From the human T2T-CHM13v2.0 reference genome, Homo sapiens: a stretch of 64,000 bases of DNA. The notes under the pieces are model-generated. The model saw nothing but the letters and a program-made list of their open reading frames with translations. It was not told where the DNA came from and made no database searches. The stretch lies in NCBI RefSeq assembly GCF_009914755.1, contig NC_060936.1. One strand, 5' to 3'. The first letter of the stretch is position 1, and every line of letters starts with the position of its first letter. Shown piece by piece: positions 26,601-39,740 of this stretch. The translations under genes and the position numbers were made by a program.

Positions 26601-29600
26601 CTGCAAATTCCACAAAAAGGGTGTTTAACATCTGCTCTTCTAAAGGAAAGTTCAACTCTATGAGTTGAATATACACAGCACAAAGAAGTTACTGAGACTT
26701 CTCCTATCAAACATTATATGAAGAAATCCCGTTTCCAACGAAGGCCTCAAAGAGGTCCAAATATCTGCTTGCAGACTTTACAGACAGAGTGTTTCCAAAC
26801 TGCTCCATCAAAAGAAAGGTTAAACTCCTTGAGTTGAACACACACATCACAAAGTAGTTTCTGTGAATGATTCTGTCTAGTTTTTATACGAAGATGTTTC
26901 CTTTTCTACCTTTGGTCTCAAAGCGATTGAAATCTCCACATGGAAACTCCACAAAAAGAGTGTTTCAAATCTGCTCTTTCTGAAGGAAGGTTCATCTCTG
27001 TGAGTTGAATACACACACCACAAATAAGTTACTGAGAATTCTTCTGTGTAACATTATATGAGGAAATCCCGTTTCCAACGAAGGCCTCAAAGAGGTCCAA
27101 ATATCCACTTGCAGACTTTACAAAGACAGTGTCTCCAAACTCCTCCATCAACAGAAAGGTTATACTCTGAATTGAACGCACACATCACAAAGTAGTTTCT
27201 GAGAATGATTCTGTCTAGTTTTTATACGAAGATATTTCCTTTTCTACATTTGGCCTAAAAGCGCTTGAAATCTCCACCTGCAAATATCACAAAAACAGGG
27301 TTTCACATCTGCTCTGTCTAAAGGACAGTTCACCTCTGTGAGTTGAATAGAGGCAACACAAAGAACTTACTCAGTATTCTTCTTTCTAGCGTTCTATGAA
27401 GAAATCCCGTTTCCAACGAAGGCCCCAAAGAGGTCCAAATATCTGCTTGCAGACTTTACAGACAGAGTGTTTCCAAACTACTCTATGAAAAGAAAGCTTA
27501 AACTCCTTGAGTTGAACGCACACATCACAAAGTAGTTTCTGAGAATGATTCTGTCTAGTTTTTATACGAAGATGTTTCCTTTTCTACATTTGGTCTCAAA
27601 GCGATTGAAATCTCCAACTGGAAACTGCACAAATAGGGTGTTTCAAATCTGCTCTGTCTAAAGGAAGGTTCAACTCTGTGAGTTGAATACACACACCACA
27701 AATAAGTTACTGAGAATTCTTCTGTCGAACATTACTTGAAGAAATCCCGTTTCCAACCAAGGCCTCAAAGAGGTCCAAATATCCACTTGCAGACATTACA
27801 AACAGAGTGTTTCCAAACTGCTCCATCAAAAGAAAGGTTAAACTCTGTGAGCTGAACACACACATCAAAAAGAAGTTTCTGTGAATGATTCTGTCTAGAT
27901 TTTATAAGAAGATGTTTCCTTTTCTACCGTAGGCCTCAAAGTGCTTGAAATCTCCAGCTGCAAATTCCACAAAAAGGGTGTTTAACATCTGCTCTTCTAA
28001 AGGAAAGTTCAACTCTATGAGTTGAATACACATAGCACAAAGAAGTTACTGAGACTTCTTCTGTCTAACATTATATGAAGAAATCCCGTTTCCAACGAAG
28101 GCCTCAAAGAGGTCCAAATATCTGCTTGCAGACTTTACAGACAGAGTGTTTCCAAACTGCTCCATCAAAAGAAAGGTTAAACTCCTTGAGTTGAACACAC
28201 ACATCACAAAGTAGTTTCTGTGAATGATTCTGTCTAGTTTTTATACGAAGATGTTTCCTTTTCTACCTTTGGTCTCAAAGCGATTGAAATCTCCACATGG
28301 AAACTCCACAAAAAGAGTGTTTCAAATCTGCTCTTTCTGAAGGAAGGTTCATCTCTGTGAGTTGAATACACACACCACAAATAAGTTACTGAGAATTCTT
28401 CTGTGTAACATTATATGAGGAAATCCCGTTTCCAACGAAGGCCTCAAAGAGATCCAAATATCCACTTGCAGACTTTACAAAGACAGTGTCTCCCAACTCC
28501 TCCATCAAAAGAAAGGTTATACTCTGTGAATTGAACGCACACATCACAAAGTAGTTTCTGAGAATGATTCTGTCTAGTTTTTATACGAAGATATTTCCTT
28601 TTCTACATTTGGCCTAAAAGCGCTTGAAATCTCCACCTGCAAATATCACAAAAAGAGGGTTTCACATCTGCTCTGTCTAAAGGACAGTTCACCTCTGTGA
28701 GTTGAATAGAGGCAACACAAAGAACTTACTCAGTATTCTTCTTTCTAGCGTTCTATGAAGAAATCCCGTTTCCAACGAAGGCCCCAAAGAGGTCCAAATA
28801 TCTGCTTGCAGACTTTACAGACAGAGTGTTTCCAAACTACTCTATGAAAAGAAAGCTTAAACTCCTTGAGTTGAACGCACACATCACAAAGTAGTTTCTG
28901 AGAATGATTCTGTCTAGTTTTTATACGAAGATGTTTCCTTTTCTACATTTGGTCTCAAAGCGATTGAAATCTCCAACTGGAAACTGCACAAATAGGGTGT
29001 TTCAAATCTGCTCTGTCTAAAGGAAGGTTCAACTCTGTGAGTTGAATACACACACCACAAATAAGTTACTGAGAATTCTTCTGTCGAACATTACTTGAAG
29101 AAATCCCGTTTCCAATGAAGGCCTCAAAGAGGTCCAAATAACCACTTGCAGACATTACAAACAGAGTGTTTCCAAACTGCTCCATCAAAAGAAAGGTTAA
29201 ACTCTGTGAGCTGAACACACACATAAAAAAGAAGTTTCTGTGAATGATTCTGTCTAGATTTTATAAGAAGATGTTTCCTTTTCTACCGTAGGCCTCAAAG
29301 CGCTTGAAATCTCCAGCTGCAAATTCCACAAAAAGGGTGTTTAACATCTGCTCTTCTAAAGGAAAGTTCAACTCTATGAGTTGAATACACACAGCACAAA
29401 GAAGTTACTGAGACTTCTTCTGTCTAACATTATATGAAGAAATCCCGTTTCCATCGAAGGCCTCAAAGAGGTCCAAATATCTGCTTGCAGACTTTACAGA
29501 CAGAGTGTTTCCAAACTGCTCCATCAAAAGAAAGGTTAAACTCCTTGAGTTGAACACACACATCACAAAGTAGTTTCTGTGAATGATTCTGTCTAGTTTT

Positions 29601-32600
29601 TATACGAAGATGTTTCCTTTTCTACCTTTGGTCTCAAAGCGATTGAAATCTCCACATGGAAACTCCACAAAAAGAGTGTTTCAAATCTGCTCTTTCTGAA
29701 GGAAGGTTCATCTCTGTGAGTTGAATACACACACCACAAATAAGTTACTGAGAATTCTTCTGTGTAACATTATATGAGGAAATCCCGTTTCCAACGAAGG
29801 CCTCAAAGAGATCCAAATATCCACTTGCAGACTTTACAAAGACAGTGTCTCCAAACTCCTCCATCAAAAGAAAGGTTATACTCTGTGAATTGAACGCACA
29901 CATCACAAAGTAGTTTCTGAGAATGATTCTGTCTAGTTTTTATACGAAGATATTTCCTTTTCTACATTTGGCCTAAAAGCGCTTGAAATCTCCACCTGCA
30001 AATATCACAAAAAGAGGGTTTCACATCTGCTCTGTCTAAAGGACAGTTCACCTCTGTGAGTTGAATAGAGGCAACACAAAGAACTTACTCAGTATTCTTC
30101 TTTCTAGCGTTCTATGAAGAAATCCCGTTTCCAACGAAGGCCCCAAAGAGGTCCAAATATCTGCTTGCAGACTTTACAGACAGAGTGTTTCCAAACTACT
30201 CTATGAAAAGAAAGCTTAAACTCCTTGAGTTGAACGCACACATCACAAAGTAGTTTCTGAGAATGATTCTGTCTAGTTTTTATACGAAGATGTTTCCTTT
30301 TCTACATTTGGTCTCAAAGCGATTGAAATCTCCAACTGGAAACTGCACAAATAGGGTGTTTCAAATCTGCTCTGTCTAAAGGAAGGTTCAACTCTGTGAG
30401 TTGAATACACACACCACAAATAAGTTACTGAGAATTCTTCTGTCGAACATTACATGAAGAAATCCCGTTTCCAACGAAGGCCTCAAAGACGTCAAAATAT
30501 CCACTTGCAGACATTACAAACAGAGTGTTTCCAAACTGCTCCATCAAAAGAAAGGTTAAACTCTGTGAGCTGAACACACACATCAAAAAGAAGTTTCTGT
30601 GAATGATTCTGTCTAGATTTTATAAGAAGATGTTTCCTTTTCTACCGTAGGCCTCAAAGCGCTTGAAATCTCCAGCTGCAAATTCCACAAAAAGGGTGTT
30701 TAACATCTGCTCTTCTAAAGGAAAGTTCAACTCTATGAGTTGAATATACACAGCACAAAGAAGTTACTGAAACTTCTCCTATCAAACATTATATGAAGAA
30801 ATCCCGTTTCCAACGAAGGCCTCAAAGAGGTCCAAATATCTGCTTGCAGACTTTACAGACAGAGTGTTTCCAAACTGCTCCATCAAAAGAAAGGTTAAAC
30901 TCCTTGAGTTGAACACACACATCACAAAGTAGTTTCTGTGAATGATTCTGTCTAGTTTTTATACGAAGATGTTTCCTTTTCTACCTTTGGTCTCAAAGCG
31001 ATTGAAATCTCCACATGGAAACTCCACAAAAAGAGTGTTTCAAATCTGCTCTTTCTGAAGGAAGGTTCATCTCTGTGAGTTGAATACACACACCACAAAT
31101 AAGTTACTGAGAATTCTTCTGTGTAACATTATATGAGGAAATCCCGTTTCCAACGAAGGCCTCAAAGAGGTCCAAATATCCACTTGCAGACTTTACAAAG
31201 ACAGTGTCTCCAAACTCCTCCATCAACAGAAAGGTTATACTCTGAATTGAACGCACACATCACAAAGTAGTTTCTGAGAATGATTCTGTCTAGTTTTTAT
31301 ACGAAGATATTTCCTTTTCTACATTTGGCCTAAAAGCGCTTGAAATCTCCACCTGCAAATATCACAAAAACAGGGTTTCACATCTGCTCTGTCTAAAGGA
31401 CAGTTCACCTCTGTGAGTTGAATAGAGGCAACACAAAGAACTTACTCAGTATTCTTCTTTCTAGCGTTCTATGAAGAAATCCCGTTTCCAACGAAGGCCC
31501 CAAAGAGGTCCAAATATCTGCTTGCAGACTTTACAGACAGAGTGTTTCCAAACTACTCTATGAAAAGAAAGCTTAAACTCCTTGAGTTGAACGCACACAT
31601 CACAAAGTAGTTTCTGAGAATGATTCTGTCTAGTTTTTATACGAAGATGTTTCCTTTTCTACATTTGGTCTCAAAGCGATTGAAATCTCCAACTGGAAAC
31701 TGCACAAATAGGGTGTTTCAAATCTGCTCTGTCTAAAGGAAGGTTCAACTCTGTGAGTTGAATACACACACCACAAATAAGTTACTGAGAATTCTTCTGT
31801 CGAACATTACTTGAAGAAATCCCGTTTCCAACCAAGGCCTCAAAGAGGTCCAAATATCCACTTGCAGACATTACAAACAGAGTGTTTCCAAACTGCTCCA
31901 TCAAAAGAAAGGTTAAACTCTGTGAGCTGAACACACACATCAAAAAGAAGTTTCTGTGAATGATTCTGTCTAGATTTTATAAGAAGATGTTTCCTTTTCT
32001 ACCGTAGGCCTCAAAGTGCTTGAAATCTCCAGCTGCAAATTCCACAAAAAGGGTGTTTAACATCTGCTCTTCTAAAGGAAAGTTCAACTCTATGAGTTGA
32101 ATACACATAGCACAAAGAAGTTACTGAGACTTCTTCTGTCTAACATTATATGAAGAAATCCCGTTTCCAACGAAGGCCTCAAAGAGGTCCAAATATCTGC
32201 TTGCAGACTTTACAGACAGAGTGTTTCCAAACTGCTCCATCAAAAGAAAGGTTAAACTCCTTGAGTTGAACACACACATCACAAAGTAGTTTCTGTGAAT
32301 GATTCTGTCTAGTTTTTATACGAAGATGTTTCCTTTTCTACCTTTGGTCTCAAAGCGATTGAAATCTCCACATGGAAACTCCACAAAAAGAGTGTTTCAA
32401 ATCTGCTCTTTCTGAAGGAAGGTTCATCTCTGTGAGTTGAATACACACACCACAAATAAGTTACTGAGAATTCTTCTGTGTAACATTATATGAGGAAATC
32501 CCGTTTCCAACGAAGGCCTCAAAGAGATCCAAATATCCACTTGCAGACTTTACAAAGACAGTGTCTCCCAACTCCTCCATCAAAAGAAAGGTTATACTCT

Positions 32601-35600
32601 GTGAATTGAACGCACACATCACAAAGTAGTTTCTGAGAATGATTCTGTCTAGTTTTTATACGAAGATATTTCCTTTTCTACATTTGGCCTAAAAGCGCTT
32701 GAAATCTCCACCTGCAAATATCACAAAAAGAGGGTTTCACATCTGCTCTGTCTAAAGGACAGTTCACCTCTGTGAGTTGAATAGAGGCAACACAAAGAAC
32801 TTACTCAGTATTCTTCTTTCTAGCGTTCTATGAAGAAATCCCGTTTCCAACGAAGGCCCCAAAGAGGTCCAAATATCTGCTTGCAGACTTTACAGACAGA
32901 GTGTTTCCAAACTACTCTATGAAAAGAAAGCTTAAACTCCTTGAGTTGAACGCACACATCACAAAGTAGTTTCTGAGAATGATTCTGTCTAGTTTTTATA
33001 CGAAGATGTTTCCTTTTCTACATTTGGTCTCAAAGCGATTGAAATCTCCAACTGGAAACTGCACAAATAGGGTGTTTCAAATCTGCTCTGTCTAAAGGAA
33101 GGTTCAACTCTGTGAGTTGAATACACACACCACAAATAAGTTACTGAGAATTCTTCTGTCGAACATTACTTGAAGAAATCCTGTTTCCAACGAAGGCCTC
33201 AAAGAGGTCCAAATATCCACTTGCAGACATTACAAACAGAGTGTTTCCAAACTGCTCCATCAAAAGAAAGGTTAAACTCTGTGAGCTGAACACACACATC
33301 AAAAAGAAGTTTCTGTGAATGATTCTGTCTAGATTTTATAAGAAGATGTTTCCTTTTCTACCGTAGGCCTCAAAGCGCTTGAAATCTCCAGCTGCAAATT
33401 CCACAAAAAGGGTGTTTAACATCTGCTCTTCTAAAGGAAAGTTCAACTCTATGAGTTGAATACACACAGCACAAAGAAGTTACTGAGACTTCTCCTATCA
33501 AACATTATATGAAGAAATCCCGTTTCCAACGAAGGCCTCAAAGAGGTCCAAATATCTGCTTGCAGACTTTACAGACAGAGTGTTTCCAAACTGCTCCATC
33601 AAAAGAAAGGTTAAACTCCTTGAGTTGAACACACACATCACAAAGTAGTTTCTGTGAATGATTCTGTCTAGTTTTTATACGAAGATGTTTCCTTTTCTAC
33701 CTTTGGTCTCAATGCGATTGAAATCTCCACATGGAAACTCCACAAAAAGAGTGTTTCAAATCTGCTCTTTCTGAAGGAAGGTTCATCTCTGTGAGTTGAA
33801 TACACACACCACAAATAAGTTACTGAGAATTCTTCTGTGTAACATTATATGAGGAAATCCCGTTTCCAACGAAGGCCTCAAAGAGATCCAAATATCCACT
33901 TGCAGACTTTACAAAGACAGTGTCTCCAAACTCCTCCATCAAAAGAAAGGTTATACTCTGTGAATTGAACGCACACATCACAAAGTAGTTTCTGAGAATG
34001 ATTCTGTCTAGTTTTTATACGAAGATATTTCCTTTTCTACATTTGGCCTAAAAGCGCTTGAAATCTCCACCTGCAAATATCACAAAAAGAGGGTTTCACA
34101 TCTGCTCTGTCTAAAGGACAGTTCACCTCTGTGAGTTGAATAGAGGCAACACAAAGAACTTACTCAGTATTCTTCTTTCTAGCGTTCTATGAAGAAATCC
34201 CGTTTCCAACGAAGGCCCCAAAGAGGTCCAAATATCTGCTTGCAGACTTTACAGACAGAGTGTTTCCAAACTACTCTATGAAAAGAAAGCTTAAACTCCT
34301 TGAGTTGAACGCACACATCACAAAGTAGTTTCTGAGAATGATTCTGTCTAGTTTTTATACGAAGATGTTTCCTTTTCTACATTTGGTCTCAAAGCGATTG
34401 AAATCTCCAACTGGAAACTGCACAAATAGGGTGTTTCAAATCTGCTCTGTCTAAAGGAAGGTTCAACTCTGTGAGTTGAATACACACACCACAAATAAGT
34501 TACTGAGAATTCTTCTGTCGAACATTACATGAAGAAATCCCGTTTCCAACGAAGGCCTCAAAGACGTCAAAATATCCACTTGCAGACATTACAAACAGAG
34601 TGTTTCCAAACTGCTCCATCAAAAGAAAGGTTAAACTCTGTGAGCTGAACACACACATCAAAAAGAAGTTTCTGTGAATGATTCTGTCTAGATTTTATAA
34701 GAAGATGTTTCCTTTTCTACCGTAGGCCTCAAAGCGCTTGAAATCTCCAGCTGCAAATTCCACAAAAAGGGTGTTTAACATCTGCTCTTCTAAAGGAAAG
34801 TTCAACTCTATGAGTTGAATATACACAGCACAAAGAAGTTACTGAGACTTCTCCTATCAAACATTATATGAAGAAATCCCGTTTCCAACGAAGGCCTCAA
34901 AGAGGTCCAAATATCTGCTTGCAGACTTTACAGACAGAGTGTTTCCAAACTGCTCCATCAAAAGAAAGGTTAAACTCCTTGAGTTGAACACACACATCAC
35001 AAAGTAGTTTCTGTGAATGATTCTGTCTAGTTTTTATACGAAGATGTTTCCTTTTCTACCTTTGGTCTCAAAGCGATTGAAATCTCCACATGGAAACTCC
35101 ACAAAAAGAGTGTTTCAAATCTGCTCTTTCTGAAGGAAGGTTCATCTCTGTGAGTTGAATACACACACCACAAATAAGTTACTGAGAATTCTTCTGTGTA
35201 ACATTATATGAGGAAATCCCGTTTCCAACGAAGGCCTCAAAGAGGTCCAAATATCCACTTGCAGACTTTACAAAGACAGTGTCTCCAAACTCCTCCATCA
35301 ACAGAAAGGTTATACTCTGAATTGAACGCACACATCACAAAGTAGTTTCTGAGAATGATTCTGTCTAGTTTTTATACGAAGATATTTCCTTTTCTACATT
35401 TGGCCTAAAAGCGCTTGAAATCTCCACCTGCAAATATCACAAAAACAGGGTTTCACATCTGCTCTGTCTAAAGGACAGTTCACCTCTGTGAGTTGAATAG
35501 AGGCAACACAAAGAACTTACTCAGTATTCTTCTTTCTAGCGTTCTATGAAGAAATCCCGTTTCCAACGAAGGCCCCAAAGAGGTCCAAATATCTGCTTGC

Positions 35601-38041
35601 AGACTTTACAGACAGAGTGTTTCCAAACTACTCTATGAAAAGAAAGCTTAAACTCCTTGAGTTGAACGCACACATCACAAAGTAGTTTCTGAGAATGATT
35701 CTGTCTAGTTTTTATACGAAGATGTTTCCTTTTCTACATTTGGTCTCAAAGCGATTGAAATCTCCAACTGGAAACTGCACAAATAGGGTGTTTCAAATCT
35801 GCTCTGTCTAAAGGAAGGTTCAACTCTGTGAGTTGAATACACACACCACAAATAAGTTACTGAGAATTCTTCTGTCGAACATTACTTGAAGAAATCCCGT
35901 TTCCAACCAAGGCCTCAAAGAGGTCCAAATATCCACTTGCAGACATTACAAACAGAGTGTTTCCAAACTGCTCCATCAAAAGAAAGGTTAAACTCTGTGA
36001 GCTGAACACACACATCAAAAAGAAGTTTCTGTGAATGATTCTGTCTAGATTTTATAAGAAGATGTTTCCTTTTCTACCGTAGGCCTCAAAGTGCTTGAAA
36101 TCTCCAGCTGCAAATTCCACAAAAAGGGTGTTTAACATCTGCTCTTCTAAAGGAAAGTTCAACTCTATGAGTTGAATACACATAGCACAAAGAAGTTACT
36201 GAGACTTCTTCTGTCTAACATTATATGAAGAAATCCCGTTTCCAACGAAGGCCTCAAAGAGGTCCAAATATCTGCTTGCAGACTTTACAGACAGAGTGTT
36301 TCCAAACTGCTCCATCAAAAGAAAGGTTAAACTCCTTGAGTTGAACACACACATCACAAAGTAGTTTCTGTGAATGATTCTGTCTAGTTTTTATACGAAG
36401 ATGTTTCCTTTTCTACCTTTGGTCTCAAAGCGATTGAAATATCCACATGGAAACTCCACAAAAAGAGTGTTTCAAATCTGCTCTTTCTGAAGGAAGGTTC
36501 ATCTCTGTGAGTTGAATACACACACCACAAATAAGTTACTGAGAATTCTTCTGTGTAACATTATATGAGGAAATCCCGTTTCCAACGAAGGCCTCAAAGA
36601 GATCCAAATATCCACTTGCAGACTTTACAAAGACAGTGTCTCCCAACTCCTCCATCAAAAGAAAGGTTATACTCTGTGAATTGAACGCACACATCACAAA
36701 GTAGTTTCTGAGAATGATTCTGTCTAGTTTTTATACGAAGATATTTCCTTTTCTACATTTGGCCTAAAAGCGCTTGAAATCTCCACCTGCAAATATCACA
36801 AAAAGAGGGTTTCACATCTGCTCTGTCTAAAGGACAGTTCACCTCTGTGAGTTGAATAGAGGCAACACAAAGAACTTACTCAGTATTCTTCTTTCTAGCG
36901 TTCTATGAAGAAATCCCGTTTCCAACGAAGGCCCCAAAGAGGTCCAAATATCTGCTTGCAGACTTTACAGACAGAGTGTTTCCAAACTACTCTATGAAAA
37001 GAAAGCTTAAACTCCTTGAGTTGAACGCACACATCACAAAGTAGTTTCTGAGAATGATTCTGTCTAGTTTTTATACGAAGATGTTTCCTTTTCTACATTT
37101 GGTCTCAAAGCGATTGAAATCTCCAACTGGAAACTGCACAAATAGGGTGTTTCAAATCTGCTCTGTCTAAAGGAAGGTTCAACTCTGTGAGTTGAATACA
37201 CACACCACAAATAAGTTACTGAGAATTCTTCTGTCGAACATTACTTGAAGAAATCCTGTTTCCAACGAAGGCCTCAAAGAGGTCCAAATATCCACTTGCA
37301 GACATTACAAACAGAGTGTTTCCAAACTGCTCCATCAAAAGAAAGGTTAAACTCTGTGAGCTGAACACACACATCAAAAAGAAGTTTCTGTGAATGATTC
37401 TGTCTAGATTTTATAAGAAGATGTTTCCTTTTCTACCGTAGGCCTCAAAGCGCTTGAAATCTCCAGCTGCAAATTCCACAAAAAGGGTGTTTAACATCTG
37501 CTCTTCTAAAGGAAAGTTCAACTCTATGAGTTGAATACACACAGCACAAAGAAGTTACTGAGACTTCTCCTATCAAACATTATATGAAGAAATCCCGTTT
37601 CCAACGAAGGCCTCAAAGAGGTCCAAATATCTGCTTGCAGACTTTACAGACAGAGTGTTTCCAAACTGCTCCATCAAAAGAAAGGTTAAACTCCTTGAGT
37701 TGAACACACACATCACAAAGTAGTTTCTGTGAATGATTCTGTCTAGTTTTTATACGAAGATGTTTCCTTTTCTACCTTTGGTCTCAATGCGATTGAAATC
37801 TCCACATGGAAACTCCACAAAAAGAGTGTTTCAAATCTGCTCTTTCTGAAGGAAGGTTCAACTCTGTGAGTTGAATACACACACCACAAATAAGTTACTG
37901 AGAATTCTTCTGTGTAACATTATATGAGGAAATCCCGTTTCCAACGAAGGCCTCAAAGAGATCCAAATATCCACTTGCAGACTTTACAAAGACAGTGTCT
38001 CCAAACTCCTCCATCAAAAGAAAGGTTATACTCTGTGAATT
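17668..38041. repeat. Five tandem copies of a 4075-bp three-HOR super-repeat
   Basis: A 2-bp deletion (tactctgaatt) at ~19019, 23094, 27169, 31244 and 35319 recurs every 4075 bp with linked SNVs (atcaacag, aaaacaggg, ccaaccaagg, aaagtgctt, acatagc, tctcccaac, gaatatacac). Confidence 0.93.
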
Positions 38042-39740
38042 GAACGCACACATCACAAAGTAGTTTCTGAGAATGATTCTGTCTAGTTTTTATACGAAGA
38101 TATTTCCTTTTCTACATTTGGCCTAAAATCGCTTGAAATCTCCACCTGCAAATATCACAAAAAGAGGGTTTCACATCTGCTCTGTCTAAAGGACAGTTCA
38201 CCTCTGTGAGTTGAATAGAGGCAACACAAAGAACTTACTCAGTATTCTTCTTTCTAGCGTTCTATGAAGAAATCCCGTTTCCAACGAAGGCCCCAAAGAG
38301 GTCCAAATATCTGCTTGCAGACTTTACAGACAGAGTGTTTCCAAACTACTCTATGAAAAGAAAGCTTAAACTCCTTGAGTTAAATGCACACATCACAAAG
38401 TAGTTTCTGAGAATGATTCTGTCTAGTTTTTATACGAAGATATTTCCTTTTCTACATTTGGCCTAAAAGCGCTTGAAATCTCCACCTGCAAATATCACAA
38501 AAAGAGGGTTTCACATCTGCTCTGTCTAAAGGACAGTTCACCTCTGTGAGTTGAATACAGGCAACACAAAGAACTTACTCAGTATTCTTCTTTCTAGCGT
38601 TCTATGAAGAAATCCCGTTTCCAACGAAGGCCCCAAAGAGGTCCAAATATCTGCTTGCAGACTTTGCAGACAGAGTGTTTCCAAACTACTCGATGAAAAG
38701 AAAGCTTAAACTCCTTGAGTTGAACGCACACATCACAAAGTAGTTTCTGAGAATGATTCTGTCTAGTTTTTATACGAAGATGTTTCCTTTTCTACATTTG
38801 GTCTCAAAGCGATTGAAATCTCCAACTGGAAACTGCACAAGTAGGGTGTTTCAAATCTGCTCTGTCTAAAGGAAGGTTCAACTCTGTGAGTTGAATACAC
38901 ACACCACAAATAAGTTACTGAGAATTCTTCTGTCGAACATTACATGAAGAATTCCCGTTTCCAACGAAGGCCTCAAAGAGGTCCAAATATCCACTTGCAG
39001 ACATTACAAACAGAGTGTTTCCAAACTGCTCCATTAAAAGAAAGGTTAAACTCTGTGAGCTGAACACACACATCAAAAAGAGGTTTCTGTGAATGATTCT
39101 GTCTAGATTTTATAAGAAGATGTTTCCTTTTCTACCGTAGGCCTCAAAGCGCTTGAAATCTCCAGCTGCAAATTCCACAAAAAGGGTGTTTAACATCTGC
39201 TCTTCTAAAGGAAAGTTCAACTCTATGAGTTGAATACACACAGCACAAAGAAGTTACTGAGACTTCTCCTATCAAATATTATATGAAGAAATCCCGTTTC
39301 CAACGAAGGCCTCAAAGAGGTCCAAATATCTGCTTGCAGACTTTACAGACAGAGTGTTTCCAAACTGCTCCATCAAAAGAAAGGTTAAACTCCTTGAGTT
39401 GAACACACACATCACAAAGTAGTTTCTGTGAATGATTCTGTCTAGTTTTTATACGAAGATGTTTCCTTTTCTACCTTTGGTCTCAATGCGATTGAAATCT
39501 CCACATGGAAACTCCACAAAAAGAGTGTTTCAAATCTGCTCTTTCTGAAGGAAGGTTCAACTCTGTGAGTTGAATACACACACCACAAATAAGTTACTGA
39601 GAATTCTTCTGTGTAACATTATATGAGGAAATCCCGTTTCCAACGAAGGCCTCAAAGAGATCCAAATATCCACTTGCAGACTTTACAAAGACAGTGTCTC
39701 CAAACTCCTCCATCAAAAGAAAGGTTATACTCTGTGAATT
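38042..39740 (-). repeat. 10-monomer variant HOR (A-A-B-C-D, 1699 bp)
   Basis: Two consecutive A dimers (38042-38381 and 38382-38721), each with ggcctaaaa, aatatcac and a HindIII site. Confidence 0.95.
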
